A DNA stretch of 64,000 nucleotides from Euglena gracilis (taxonomy: Eukaryota). The stretch lies in the NCBI GenBank assembly GCA_039621445.1, contig CP154954.1, forward strand, positions 37,557,703 through 37,621,702. Reading direction: 5' to 3'. The notes under the pieces were generated by a model. The model saw only the letters and a program-made list of their open reading frames with translations. It was not told the DNA's origin and did not search any database. Shown here one piece after another: positions 24,573 through 38,026 of the stretch. Made by a program: the position numbers and the translations under genes. Numbering within the stretch: the first letter of the stretch is position 1; each line of letters starts with the position of its first letter.

Positions 24573-27500
24573 GTGCTAATTTTTGGCGACTGAATTCCTC
24601 CTGGCAGGGGAGGGGCCCCGCCCCCCTGCACCCCCCGCCAAAGAACAAAATCCCTTTGTGTGTGCAAGGCCCCTCATCCACGGGGTAAACACTGTGAATA
24701 AACTTGTAAAGCTAACTTAGCCAGCTGACAGCTTCCTAGCAGGGGGAGGCTGCCCCCCCCTTCCCAATAACAAAATGCCTTTATGTGTGCACAGCTGTGC
24801 TGGGCCCAAACAATTTGGGCGAAAGTTCACCGTTGTGAGGCAGTTTGCAGGCTCATCTGTGGAACCTGTTGCGACCTCTCCTCGGAAACCTTCATTCTTG
24901 CTCACGGTCTGCAGCGCCCCGTCCATTAGAGGTGAGCCGTCTGCGGCATGCCCCTGTGTGCGTCCGCAGTTGAACCCATGAGCAGCGGCGACACACTGCA
25001 GGGGTTGGATCACGCGAACGTGTGCAGGACTGGTGTCTGACCCACTCCTTTGTGTGGGGACCCCCAGTCATCAGTACTTGTTAAGGCCAGCCGGATGGAA
25101 GAAAGCGCAACCCCGGGAGAAAAGGGAACCCACTCCATTTGTGAAGAGCCATAGTGTGAGCCTCTGAGCCTACCGCCATGACTGAGTCACCACCACCTGA
25201 ACCAGAGCCTGAGCATCAGTCCACACTGCAGGACATCGAGGAGATCCGTCATAGGAAGTGTGCACATATATGCATATTTGCGCTATCGTGCGCCTGAGGG
25301 GGATGTCCCCTGTGCGCAGGTAGGCATTATTGTGCCATGCGATGTGCACACGTTGTTCCGGGCTGGTGGTGTTTTCAAACACCACAAGGTCACGGACTGC
25401 GGACGGTCTGGGGGTTCCTTTGGCAAAAGTCTGAAGTGCCGCACAGGCCGTCTAAGACGTTTGCCACTTCCCACAGGCCCTGGGAAACGAAAGAATTATT
25501 TAAAGTCAGGCCAGGTTTTTCGGGGGGTGGTGACCAGGGTCATGTGCACCGCCCCTCCCAACAACCCTTGATGCCTTTACCTTAAAGCAACTTTTGGGTG
25601 CGAGCAACATGAACGGCTTTTTTTGACTGATTCTCCAATTTTTCTTTCGTTATTTTGACTCCAAAATGACAAAAAAAGAAAGGTGGGGTTGCAAAGACTG
25701 GCAAATCCACTCTGCGGGGAGGGGAAGTGTAACAAGACGCCTCAAAGCATGCAATGCAAAAAATACAAAAAAATGCAAAATTGTTTGAAGAGCTCTCCTG
25801 GGTTGTACGTTTTTTTGGAGAGATTTTTTGGAGAGATAAAATTTTTCACCCTCTGGACTCTGGAGAAACATTCCATTCACTGTGTATTATTTTTTTTCCG
25901 CATTTCCCCCCAAAAACAAAATGAAACTGCCTTGCAATTCATGTTTAAAAAGTTCTAAGCAGTCAAAGCAAACCAGCAAGATACCCCATCTTCGCATGGG
26001 CAAGCCAATGCCTCACGCAGGAATAAAAAAAATCGAAAAATCATTGTGTCATTACAATTTCTGGCAAATCATTTTGACATGAAAAGGTTATCCTCCCTTT
26101 CAGCATGGTGTAGGTGGGCTTGAATCAAGACCCTCAGGGGCAGGCTTCTGCTTAAGGGTTCGCAATATCCCCCCGGGGGTAGTGCACGAGAAAAACGGAC
26201 GAGAAGCATATTTGGATTGGGGGCAGAAATGTGTCCACAGGGCAGACTTCTACGGAATCAAGGTAAACGACAACAAAATCCTGCGGCAGTGCAGTGCATT
26301 GTTTTGTATCGCAGCGAAGTGGCAGTGGCGTTACAATGCTTTGGGTTTGAGAACAAAGAGGAACGTCGGTGCAGTGGTGGTGTGTATTTTGAGGCTCTCA
26401 GGTACTGATGTGCCTCAACTCCTACGTGTGGACCCCCCAGGGGTCCTTTAATGCAATCAACAGGGATTTTGCCCAACCTAGTTTTAAGATGAGGCCTGGG
26501 ATTATTACTGAGGGACCCCGCACAGCAATCAAGTTTGGTGGTAAGCAAGGACAGGGTTGGAGTCTCTGAGCTTCTCTTTGCAGTAAGAGCGAAGCTCCCC
26601 CAGGAGGAAAGGTGTCTAATCCCCTTCCCCCCTTGGTTGGAAATGAAAACCGCATTATCACCATGACCCCAGCCCCGTTCCGAGGATTTCTTTCCTGTCG
26701 CAAGCGACTCCATCCCAACTTTCTGAATCACCTCTGTTTGACCCCCAACTCCCCGCCAGGCCCAATTTATTCAGCCAACAAGGGGTCCAAACTGGGTAGG
26801 ATTAGCCACCCCCCCCCCCCCAGTTTCGACCCCTGGCCCCCCCCAGGAGGTGGTTGGATGGGTGGGTGGGTGCGGACACCCCTCCCCTAAAAATATCTCT
26901 GATTTTATGATGTCCTCTGATAAAATATGGAAACAAAAGGTATGATTGTGACATGAAGGTTTGATTGCATTGTGTTTTGGGAACCTGTGGTATTTTGCTT
27001 TCATGTTTAACGTTGGAGAAATATGACAGTGTTTTTGGCATTGTCTAAAGAAAATTCAAGGTGCATTCCACAGATTGTCACAGGTGTCTTCACCCTCGGC
27101 TGGTCCTTGAACCAAATTTTCCAAGTCTTCATGATTCTCGAGGTAGGTGGGGGTTTGACATCCACCCCCCTCCCCGTGTCGGGAGGGGGCAGCCCTCCCC
27201 TCAGGGCCTCCCATGTATTCCTGCCCAACCCCAGCCAGCAGCCCTCATCCAGCCTCTGAGCTGGCTCCCTCATCCCAGGGTTTGTTTGAGAAGGGCAAGC
27301 TTTCTTCTCGACAGAAGTACATTTATCTTCTTATTAGGAATTAATGTGGGGATGGGGGACATGCCGGTTTTGGCTAAACCTGTTCCTAAAAAATCCCATC
27401 CGAAACCATTGAAACCATTGAAATTGAGAACCCCCAAACCACGCTGGATTACTCTGGATGTCTTTCTGGTCCTTTACCCAGGTCCTGTCAGTGGGACCCC

Positions 27501-27701
27501 CTAGGGGTGTATCTGCAGCACAAATAAAAAAGCATAAAATATGTAGGGGGACCTCCTTAAATCATGTAGGTAGAACACCCTGTATATCATTTCTGCACAC
27601 CCTCGCCATGGTTTTCCAATACTGGCATATCTGGGCTCAAACCACAAACCACGTTTTTTTTTAAAGCATTTTCTATTGGCAATTCCACCCTTATTTTGCA
27701 G

Positions 27702-27835
27702 GAGGTGGATTTGCTCGTCGACGCTTTTGATTACAATAAAGATGGAAAAGTTTCTTATTTGGAGTTCTGCAATGCCATCACCAATGGTCCTTGGACACCT
27801 CTGAATGTGCAGGAGCGCAAAGTTGAAAGCCTGAG
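27702..27835 (+). CDS. Multi-EF-hand protein exon (EF-hand 2, repeat A)
   Basis: TTGCAG|...AG|GT, 134 nt; EVDLLVDAFDYNKDGKVSYLEFCNAITNGPWTP; in phase with the 20729 exon. Confidence 0.9.
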
Positions 27836-28418
27836 GTCATTGTGCTCCCTCCCTTGCAGGTTAATGGGCAGGTTTGGGCACAATGAGGATCAGGCTTCTT
27901 TGGGGCTGGGTGGGTCCAGGGCCAGGCTCCCATGGAGGGCGGGTTGGGCCGGAGGCTCGGGTATGGGTCGAAATTTTTTTCGCTTCACATCATACGTACA
28001 TTCATAAGTTCATGCCTGAGCTTATTTGGAAAAACCGCTTAGACAACCCGATTTTCAGGGGGGTACCCCGGGGGGGGGTCATGCGCCGGCTGCAGTGAGT
28101 GGAGGGACCCCTCACTCCACTCCCCTGGGGTCTTAGAAAGAATCCTGACGAGGATGGGTAAATGCCAAAGTGGATGGGTCAGGACAATCACAATCCCACA
28201 TGTTCCTGTGGGCACAAGGCCTGCATTTTACCATGGTTTGGATTTGGGGTTGCGGTTGGCGCTGACTGAACTTCTTCAGGGCAATTGTCTTCACCAGGGC
28301 GCGCTAAGCCAAAAGGGAACCCACCCCTGGGGGAGGGGGAGCCAGACCCAGTTCCACCCCTTGTCCAGCCAGGTGGGGATTCGCCCCAATGTGTTTATTT
28401 GCACGCCCAATCCACCAG

Positions 28419-28488
28419 GGCAAATTTTGGAAAGGACAACATGAAAGACTACAGCAAATTTTTTCGGCTGCAGCAAATTCCGTGTGAG
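28419..28488 (+). CDS. Possible linker exon of the EF-hand gene
   Basis: CAG| acceptor compatible with phase 2 (RANFGKDNMKDYSKFFRLQQI) and positionally equivalent to the 51382 exon; donor ambiguous. Confidence 0.3.
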
Positions 28489-30396
28489 GTCAGTGGGGGG
28501 GCATTGCTTAACCCCCCCCACTTATAAACCCCCCGGGGTTAGTAGGATCCGGTTTGGTTGGTCGGCCGAAGGGGGGGGGTTAGTAAGTGGGGGGTTTATA
28601 AGTCCCGGAATTGTTGGTGAAAATCCGAACCTCAAAAATGACCCCGAAACCCCCCAAAATGGCAATTTTTGGCAAAATTTGGTCAAAAATGGCATTCTTG
28701 ATCATGGTCGATCTCAAAAAAGGGCCAAAAATCAGTTTTTGGGTGGTTTGAGGCAAAAAAAATCGTCCCCGGCGGCTTTCATTTTCCTTCCCCGAAGGGG
28801 GGGTTTATAAGTCCCGGTTTGGTTGGTCTGCCTGAGGGGGGGGTTAGTAAGTGGGGGGGTTAGTAAGTGGGGGGGGGGGTTAGTAAGTGGGGGGGGTTTA
28901 GTGTGTCCCAGCCGAGGGTCATTTGCGATTTTTGAACAATTGCCCATGTCGTTTTCCATTTCCAAAAAACCAGGCAGAAATTTTTTTTGAAAACCAGTCA
29001 GTCATTTTTTGCCCTCTCTCCTTTTGACTCCTGCCCCACCCCATCCTGCTCATGACCAGGCTTCAATTTGTCGTAAATCAGCCCACCGGCCCAGCCAGAC
29101 CCCCCCTCCTCCCCCTCCTCCTCTTGGTCCCTTTTCGTTCCGGCAGGAGCGATTTTCGGCCTAAGTCTCCTCCAGCACAAATTTCCTTACCCAAAGAAAT
29201 GGTTTTGGCTGGGGTCCCAGATTTTGGATCATTTTGGGACCCCCAAAAAATGCAAAGAAAAAAGAGCAAAGCCCAATTGTGGCGCCAGGTGGCGGGCTGG
29301 GGAGCCGGGGGCGATTCCCCCTCCCCCAAAATAGGCCCACAACCCCCAAGTCCATTTTGCCATTACTTCTGGCCGCCTTTCAAGAAAAATCCAGCACAAA
29401 GCGCCAGAATTTTTTTCAGCTGGACCGACAAACCCAGACCCAGTTGGGACCCCCCGGGTATGCTCAGTCTGGACCATACCATTGATTTAGGCGTGTCTGA
29501 CCCCACTCCCTGGGGGTGACCGATTCTTTCGAGTGACTGACTGGTTTTTGGCTCCAGACCCTCCTGGGGGTGGGGTAGGCCAGAATGGGCCAGGATTGGC
29601 CAAAAGTTGTCACTCATCGCCGAAGGCGCCGGAAAATTTTTGGGGGTTTTGTTCAAAATACATTGATTTTGAGCCATTTTGGCCGAGTGGCCAAAGTGAC
29701 CCTTGGGAGGGGGGGGTGGGAAGTGGGTGACTGGTTTTTGAAAGTGACTGGCTTGATTTTTTGACAGTGGAATTCTTCATCGTTTACTGAAGGCTTTAAT
29801 TTAAGGCCCCAATTCAACCCAAAGTACCCCCAGTGACATGATTTTTAAAGTTTCAAAATCATGCCACTGGGGGTACTTTGGGTTTATTTGGGGTTTCACC
29901 AGCAACTCCCGATTATATAGGGGCCTGAAAACATTTTGGGGTTTATAAACCAAAATTATTTGGTTTATAAACACACAACAAAAAGGTGCGTGCACACCCT
30001 CAAATAAATCGGTGCGCACTTATTAGGCAAAGCACTCTTTTTCAATTTTTCCCTTCTTGTGATGTCAAGCAAATGACCCGGGTGATTATGTGTCAAACTT
30101 GGGCTTGGACAATGGAAATATTTCTGTTCAGTTCTGAGAATTGTGTGTGCTTTCCGACCTGAGATGTGACAGTGATTTCTTCTTTGGGAGTGCGCACTTT
30201 TTAAGGAGGTAGTTTCGGACCCTTGGGGTGCTGTTGTCTGTTGTTAGAGCTTGTTAGGGCACTGCGCACTTGTCAGGGGGGGGGGTTGAAAGCCCACCGA
30301 TGGTTCATCCAGGAAAAATAAGAATTTTTTGGGTGGGTATGACAAGTTTTGAACAGAAATCTCCACTTTGGAAAAAGTGAACATTTGGGGGGGGGG

Positions 30397-30591
30397 ATAG
30401 GAGGTTCACAACGAAGAATTGGTATAAAATCAGTGTTTCACCACAGTTGAACAGTTGAAGACCAACGACGTTTGTAAACACCAACCAGAAATTTTTTTTT
30501 CTGGTGGTGTTTACAAACGTCGTTGGTCTTCAACTGTTCAACTGTGGTGAAACACCAATTTTATACCAATTCTTCGTTGTGCACCTCCTAT
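30397..30591. repeat. Near-perfect ~195-bp palindrome (arms ~92 bp, very short loop)
   Basis: ATAGGAGGTTCACAACGAAGAATTGGTATAAAAT...CCAGAAA / TTTCTGG...ATTTTATACCAATTCTTCGTTGTGCACCTCCTAT with ~4 mismatches or indels. Confidence 0.9.
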
Positions 30592-33500
30592 TTATTCACG
30601 GCCCCATCCCTGGGGGTGTTGAAATTTGCTTGGAATTTGTTTGAGTTGAAATTGGAATTTGCTACACAACTTTCATCGTTTTGACACGTCCATCAAGGGC
30701 AGGTTTTATCATATGCAGTTGTCCAATCAAAAAAACTCTTCAAAAAAATCTAATCTAAAAAAATTCAAACACAAAGCACAAAAAATGTGACACTGTTTTG
30801 GAGACAACACATCTCCCCTTGGCAGGGAAGGTCAGGACGCTTCCCTGATCCCAGTCCTGGCTCCAGACCATACCATTGCTTACCAACCCCAGGGGGGGGG
30901 AGGGGGGTCACTAAAAGAGGCATACAGCTCAAGAACCAAACATTTGGGCCAAATTTGGGATGATAGATGATCCCTGGGGCTTTGTTTTGTCCCTGATCAT
31001 TTATTTTGGCTCTTTTTTTTTCAGACCCTTCAAAGCTAGGGAGGAAAAGGGAAGGGGGAAAGTGAAATATCTTTTGGAAGGATGTTCCCACAGGCTTATT
31101 TTTTAGGTTGCTGGACATTTCCATTTTATTTATTTATTTATTTTCCAGATATTTTGAAAACAAAATTTCTTGACACCAAAAATGGCCCGCTATGGTCCCC
31201 AAAATCGTCCAAACTGAGTTTTACAGTGGCCATCCCTCGGGCCACGCTTGTGTTTAGTGCAACTGGAAAATGGCTGTTGGCTGAACCGTGGCAAAATTTT
31301 CGTGCCGAGTGTGCCGTGGCAATTTCGAAAGTACGCCGCAACCACGGCGCTGTCACATTTTTTAACATTCAGCATTCGACAAGAAAAACTCTGGTAAGAA
31401 TTTCTGTGCCACGTCCACCGTGACTGAAAAGAGTTGCTGTACTGCCTAACCTCTGTGAAATATCTTTTGTGCCATGGCAAGCGCTGCGGTGCACTCACTG
31501 CAAGTATGCTGCGACATTTGCAGAGGGATTTTTCTTCTGTTGCAAGGATTTCAATTTAAATTTGTCATTGGCGAATTTTCCTTTTATTTTAAAGGAGCCC
31601 AGTGATCTCATCCCATTCCCTTCTTACACCTTACCCTTTCCCTTTGTAAATAAATTTAACCTGAACCCCACCTTCACCCATTAGGCTGATATGGGTGGGG
31701 AAGTTAATTTCTGAGGGGGTTCAAAGGGGGGGGGCATTATCAGGTTGGGATTGTTCATTAAAATTTTACGAACAACGTCAATCACCTCAAAATAGGGTAT
31801 CAGTCCATCGTGCGAGCGGCTCAGGGAGCTTGCCACTGACTGTTGTTGTGGTTCAAAATCAAGACCAGAGGCAATTGCAGAAACCTTGGTGGCAGAAATA
31901 CGGGGGGTTTTGCTATTGAGAGGATGACATCGCTGTTTGAACCCCCCCCCCCCGCCCAGAAGCAACGTCCATTGCTTGATCTTCTTGAAAAGTGTGTAAA
32001 CAGTACCAAGACTATCGAACGCACACCACCGAAATTTTTGGCAACCAATTTTCCTTTCAAATTTCCCCCAATCGCCCCCGGGGTTGGGTTGTCCAAACAT
32101 ATCACCGGGGGATATCAGTTGGGGGTTGCCTTTCCAACTTCTGGCCTGGACATGTGGGCGATGGTTCTCAAGGATGTTCGAGATTAAAGTGGGAACGAGG
32201 CCAAAGTTGACAGGATGAATATATTTCGGTGAAATATGATTTTGGGGAATTCAGTTACAAATGTGATCATCCGAGGCCAGCGTTGGGTGAGATCTGTTCA
32301 GAGTGTACCGGGACTTCACATTTTGCTGCGATTCATTTTGTTTCTTTTCAGGCCGAGGGAGCAACGCACCCCAAGGAAAGTCTCTTGGCTGCCAAACTGG
32401 CTGTTGATGATGGCGCGTGCAAATGTTCCTCAGTTGTTTTTCCCCAGCATTTTTCATTGATGATGAATTGAGCAACTCTCCCTCCACAGTGTGTTCGGCA
32501 GGTGCTCAATTAGTTGACTGATTTTTCCAACCAGGGAGGTGGTCATTATGCATCCTGTATGGGCGGTTTTGTGCGAACATGGTTGCAAAAATTTGATTGG
32601 CCCTTTAAAAAAGCTTGAGGCTTTTTTCAGATCATTACCACGCACCTCCGTTGCATTGCCGCCCGTATTTCTTTTCCTTGGAGGGATGCTCTTTTTGCAT
32701 TGGATGTTGTCATGACAGAAGAGAAAACATTTTTTTCGCAACACATTTTTTTTATGCCGAAACCCTACCCTTGGTGGTCAGGGCTCTGCGGGAATCCCCG
32801 CAACCCTATTGTGGTGGGTGGCCATCCTGGTGTGTGGGGGGGGGACCCCCCACCATGCCTTCCCGTATTTCTGGCGCCAATTTTTAGGTCAATTTTTTTT
32901 TCGGTGCCAACGGTGCCGAAGGAATTTTTTTTTGCGCTGGTGCTGTGGTGGGGGGGGGGTCAACCCCCCCACCTCCCGGGTGGAGGGGTGGAGGGGGTCG
33001 ACCACCCCCTCACACCAGGCCTTCCCGTACAGCCCTGCAGGTTAGCATGGCGGAGGATGCAGATTTGCCTGCATTTTTGTGGTTTTTGCTGTGTATTGCT
33101 TGTTTTTATTTTTATTTTTGGGGATTTTTTATTATTATTATTAACGACCACCCTGTTTCTCGGCAGGCTTCCCAACTGATAAAACTCCTCCAAAGAAGAT
33201 GCTCTGCAGTTGATATCCGGGGAAAAATTAATTCAACGAAATTTTGTCGTCCCCAATGCAACATGTTTTCCCATCCATTTTTGAGTTATCCGACTAATGA
33301 CTTTGCAATTGGGGAGTTCCGAGACATCTGCACATTTTACGTGTAGAGATGTAGGATATTCTTCAGCTTTCTGTTGAATTGCCGTTTGTTAGAGCGACCC
33401 TCACCTGGCTAATTTTTCAAAAGCCACAAACGAGGAAGAAAGACCTCTCCACAACAGTTTCCCAGTCGATGTCCAAGGTCATTGGGAGGGAGGGGTTTAA

Positions 33501-34014
33501 AAAACCCTAATAAATAGAATTTTATACACCATGCCACCCCACCCCAAAGGGTTCCCAATAATGCAAGTCCAAGGCCAAACAGACCGGTGCCAATAACTAA
33601 AACTGCAAAGTGCAGTCAATTTTAAGTCCCAAAAGGGTTGCCTTAAAATGCACTTTTGGTTGCGCTCTTTCGTACACAAGAGTTCCAAGCACTTTCTTGC
33701 CAGACTTTACACATTGCATTTGGGATTCCCCCAGCCATCCTCCTTCTGAAGTGGCACACCAATGCTCGCTGGCCAGTTTAACTGCCAATGAATGTGATTG
33801 ACCCTGTGACAGCTTCAGTGAGGAGAATCCTCTTGCAGCTGAAGAAGCACCTTGAACAGAACAATGAAAGTATGCATTTGAGCGAGATCGTTGCCAGATT
33901 TTTTTCTGGATGCAAATTGCCCAGTACTTTCTGATGTGCATTTGTTGGTTTGACATCTTAAGGTTCTGACCTGCCACCCAAGACTGTGACCTGCCTCTCA
34001 ACGACCTCTTTCAG

Positions 34015-34121
34015 ATCTCAAGGGCGCTTTCCTGGCTTTGGATTCGAATCGTAGAGGCTGGTTGTCCAAGGCAGAGTTTGCGGCAGCATTCAAAGACTTC
34101 CACTTCTCTATCACGCAGCAG
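34015..34121 (+). CDS. Multi-EF-hand protein exon (EF-hand 1, repeat B)
   Basis: TTTCAG|...CAG|GTAG, 107 nt, same length and phase as 20729; DLKGAFLALDSNRRGWLSKAEFAAAFKDFHFSITQQ. Confidence 0.85.
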
Positions 34122-34629
34122 GTAGCGTAATTTGCATCTGCTGTTAGGGTGATTATATAGGCGGAGGGCATTTTCATTAGGATTGAGGAAGGTTTGGTTT
34201 ATCAGCTCAAAGCCCTGTATTCACTCATCTCTGGTGTGACCCCCACATGGGGGTTTTTGAGAGTGGGTGAGCGCGCAGTTGAAGCCCGGGTGGGAAGGGT
34301 TTCAAGGGTATTTGGCCAACTTTGGAGGTATTTGGGTGGTCGAGGTCGAGGTCTGGGTATGGGAGGAGCCGAAATTTATGGTGTGAAGCAGTTTTCTATG
34401 CAGAAAAATGTCAAAAATATATCTCTGAAGTGCAAACGTTATACTCCACTCAACTTCAGGAAAGACTTCAGGAAATTTTTTTTGATGTGAAATACAGCTG
34501 TAAATTTGTCGGAAATTTGTTGAATGGCTGTCCATTTTGGGGAGCCAGCACCTCCTGCGACAAATCCTGAGTTGATACCCCCCCCAATTTCTGGTTCGGA
34601 TTTTGAAGCGGAAGAATAGTACCCAGGGG

Positions 34630-35036
34630 CAGGGTTCGATATAAGGAGGGCGTACATGGTTTAGGTGGGGGGGGTGTCCCCCCCACCCCCCCCCCCTCCT
34701 GGCCCGCAGGGGGGGGTCCGGACCACGGTCCGGACCGACCCTGGGGGGCAAAAATTGACCCCCCCCAAAAAGGGTCAATTTTTTCCTCCGGCGCTTTGCG
34801 CCGAAAATTTTTTGCATTTTTGGCACATTTTTGCCCAAAGAGTGCCCAAAATGGCACTCTTGGTCGTTTTGGGGGGTCAAAAATTTTCGGCCCGGCGCTT
34901 CGCGCCGGACGGAAATTCGGCCACCCTGACCGCGCACCTGTTTAGGTGGGGGGGTGTCCCCCCCACCCCCCCCCCCTCCTGGCCCGCAGGGGGGGGTCCG
35001 GACCACCCCCCCCACCTGTCCTTATATCGAACCCTG
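34630..35036. mobile_element. hAT-like MITE with 8-bp TSD
   Basis: CCCAGGGG|CAGGGTTCGATATAAGG...CCTTATATCGAACCCTG|CCCAGGGG. A diverged copy lies at ~60220-60540. Confidence 0.85.
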
Positions 35037-38026
35037 CCCAGGGGGTATTATTTGGGGGGGGGTTAGTGAAAACAGCTCCCTATCAGGGTTTCGAGGCATG
35101 TATGTGTCTGTGCATGTGCGTGTGCATATGTTTGGGTGTGATATTACCCCCGATCCTGCACTGGGTGCTAGGTTTAGGGTTAGGATTGTGGGGCCTGGCT
35201 CCCGTGACCCATCCTCTTCTTAGCCTGGTCGGCAGGGGAAAAGAAAGTTAAAGGCTTCCCAACAGTCGCCCGCACAAGGTCACCAGCCCCCAACTACGTC
35301 CAGCCCGAGTTGCCCGTTTTATTGGCTCATGTAACAGGATCTCTCTGCCAGAAGGGCCCCAGCAAATGTGGAATCCTGAATTTTGGTTGCCTAAGCCTCT
35401 AAGAGGTTCTGCGGAGGCTGGTTTCCTGGGAGCCTCCGCGGCACACATCTCTTTAAGGTTTGCAGAACTGGGGCTGCTGTAGCAGCCCTGATTTTGGCCC
35501 AGCCTAGCCGCAGCCCCCCCCCCCCCCCCCCGGGTGCTGCTAGCTAGCTAGTTTGCAGCTAGCCAGTCCCCCGGTAACTGGATCGTCTGGCTCATTTTGA
35601 CCTGGCGACCATTTCAAGGGGGTTGGTGACCCAACTGGATTGGCCAAGACAAAATTTTTGCGAGTGGATTGGTTTTGAGCATTCCCACAAAATATGTTAT
35701 TGGTAATTTTATGGCTTTTTTTTTGGACAATTGGATTGCACAATACAAATTTCCATGCACCCCCCATGTAAGGCCAGGTTTTGTGCGGTGATGAGCTTTA
35801 CCTGCCTGATGGTGCAATGAGCTGGCATTAACCCTGCAGACCGGCAGCACGGCCCGTCCAGGCCTGAATGCCACAGTGGCCTGGCCTGGCCCAGCCCAGC
35901 CCGATGGCGCAGCGTCCTGGCAGCCCGACTGGCCCGGTGGCCCGGCCCGGGAAATCAAAATAACTTTAGATAGGGTTTCAATATTTTCTCCCCAGCAAGC
36001 ATCTGGTCTGCAAGGGACGGGATTTTTTTTCCCCATTGAGGACCGCCCTCAATGGCCACCCTTGGGCTTAAGGGCCGGCCGGCCAAGGTCCGAACTGGGG
36101 CTTGAGCACGGTCGAAAATTGAAAAGTCGAAAAAACACATTTTTTTGACGTTTTGGGTATGTCAATGGTCCAAGGCTCCCGATGTCGACCCATTTTCGCC
36201 AAAATAGGCCATTATTTGGCCATTTTTTCTTGTGTATTTTGCGTTGAATGTGCTGAGACAGCAGAGTTTTTTTTCTCTATTTCCTAAGGACCGCCTGAGC
36301 AAATGTAGCTAAATTACCTAAAATGGCCTAAAATGGTCCAAATGGCCTAAAATGCTTTAAAAATGTCCCAAAATGGGCAAATTTTCGGCCTTGACCACAT
36401 GTGCTTGGTCCCTGTGATTTCCTTTAAACCATTTCCATTTTGGCGTATTTTGATCTTTTGTTTTTTTTGACCCCAAAGGACCAAACACAGCAATCTCAAA
36501 GCAGGCCAAGGTTCAGCATTCAGAGCAGAACAGCCGTCATAATCCAGGGAAGCCGCTGGGGAAATGAAAAAACCACAAGGTAGGGTGTTCCTTAGGCGGC
36601 CTAATTCGCACTTAAGGATTTAACTTTTTATTTGCGCATATGCGCAAATCCCCCGATTTTTTGATTCCGGCAGTGAAGGTCCTGAGGTTCAAGAGACACG
36701 CCGGCATGCAAGGGCAAAAACGGAGCGATTTTTTGGTTTTGGCGGAGAGGCCCCTGGGACTTTGGCGAAAAATGGTGTTTTTTTGGGTGTCCAGAAATTT
36801 TATTTTGGGCCAAGCCCCCGGGACCCTGCCCGCCCAAATGGAAAAAAAGTGAAAAAAGCACCTGGGGACCGGGACCCTGCCCGCCCCTGTGGTGACGCGG
36901 AGCCTTTTTTAAAGAAGTGGACTCGCCGGCAGTGTGTTCCCTCCCGGTGCCTCGGAGTGAGTGTGTGTACTTTTGACCTCGGTGACTTGTGAATTTTTGA
37001 TTGGTGAAGAAAGCAGCAGACAGGGTTGCAGGGGATTGGGATGGGTGCGGGTTGAGGGGTCCAGTGTGCAGGGGGTAGGGGGAGGAGGGGTCCAGGGGTG
37101 CAGGGGTGACGGTGCAGGGGGTGTGCAGGGGTGGTGTGCGGCGGGCAGGGCGGTGGGGGTGAGACGCCCGCAGGGGTTGTCAGTGGGGGCCTGGTTGCCT
37201 GTGTGTGGAGGCTTGCGTGCGTGCAACCCATTACTTTGGCATTGGTGTTTTTGTGAGGCACAAAACAGACAATTGATGTTGATGCGCGCAATTGCGCAAA
37301 TAAAACGTACGGTGGTGTGCGTGCCATGGGATGAGAGGGGTGCCAGTGGAAGAACCAGATGATTGAAAGAGATGGGGATGAAAAGACAAGAGGCGAAAGA
37401 GAAAAGGCAGACTGGCAAACAGACCCCTGGCGGGCGGGGTACACGCTGGCCGCCCGGGGGCTGAACAGGAAGGAGGGGGGCCGCCCCGCACTCCGCCGCG
37501 CGCTGGTTGTCAGTGGGGGGCGGTGCTTGTGGGGAGGGGTAATTAATTTTTTTTTGAACACGGGTGAGAGGGGCAGCACGACACGAGAGGGGGGCTGCAG
37601 GGTCACGAGAGGGGGTGTGTGCCACACCAACCCACAAAAAAAAAACACAAGTCCACCTCCCTGCAGGGTAGAGGGCGTGGGGATGACGGTCAGCAGGGGG
37701 GCGGTGTACACGGACACCACGGCGGTGGGGCAACTGTCTCCCAGCTGGCAGGCAAATAACAAAACAAAACAAAGTGTGCGTTTTACTTGCGCAAGTGCGC
37801 GCATCAACACCACTGATGAATTTTTTTATTTGGAACAAGATTGCTGAGAGGGGACAGACCATAGCCGAGAGGGGACTGAGAGGGGGAAACACTTGTAACA
37901 GGAACATTTGCGCAAATGCGCGCATCAAAAGTGTTTTGTAAAAAAAAACATGAGAAGTACAGAAAGGAGTGGGGAGGAGAACTGAAGTAAAAAGAAGAAG
38001 GTGCTGAGACAGGCCCACAGCCAGTC

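Noticed and set aside
24850-25480. Complex, coding-like stretch (also 16145-16340, minus strand)
   Set aside because: No recognisable motif or sustained frame; probably decayed TE coding sequence but unsupported.
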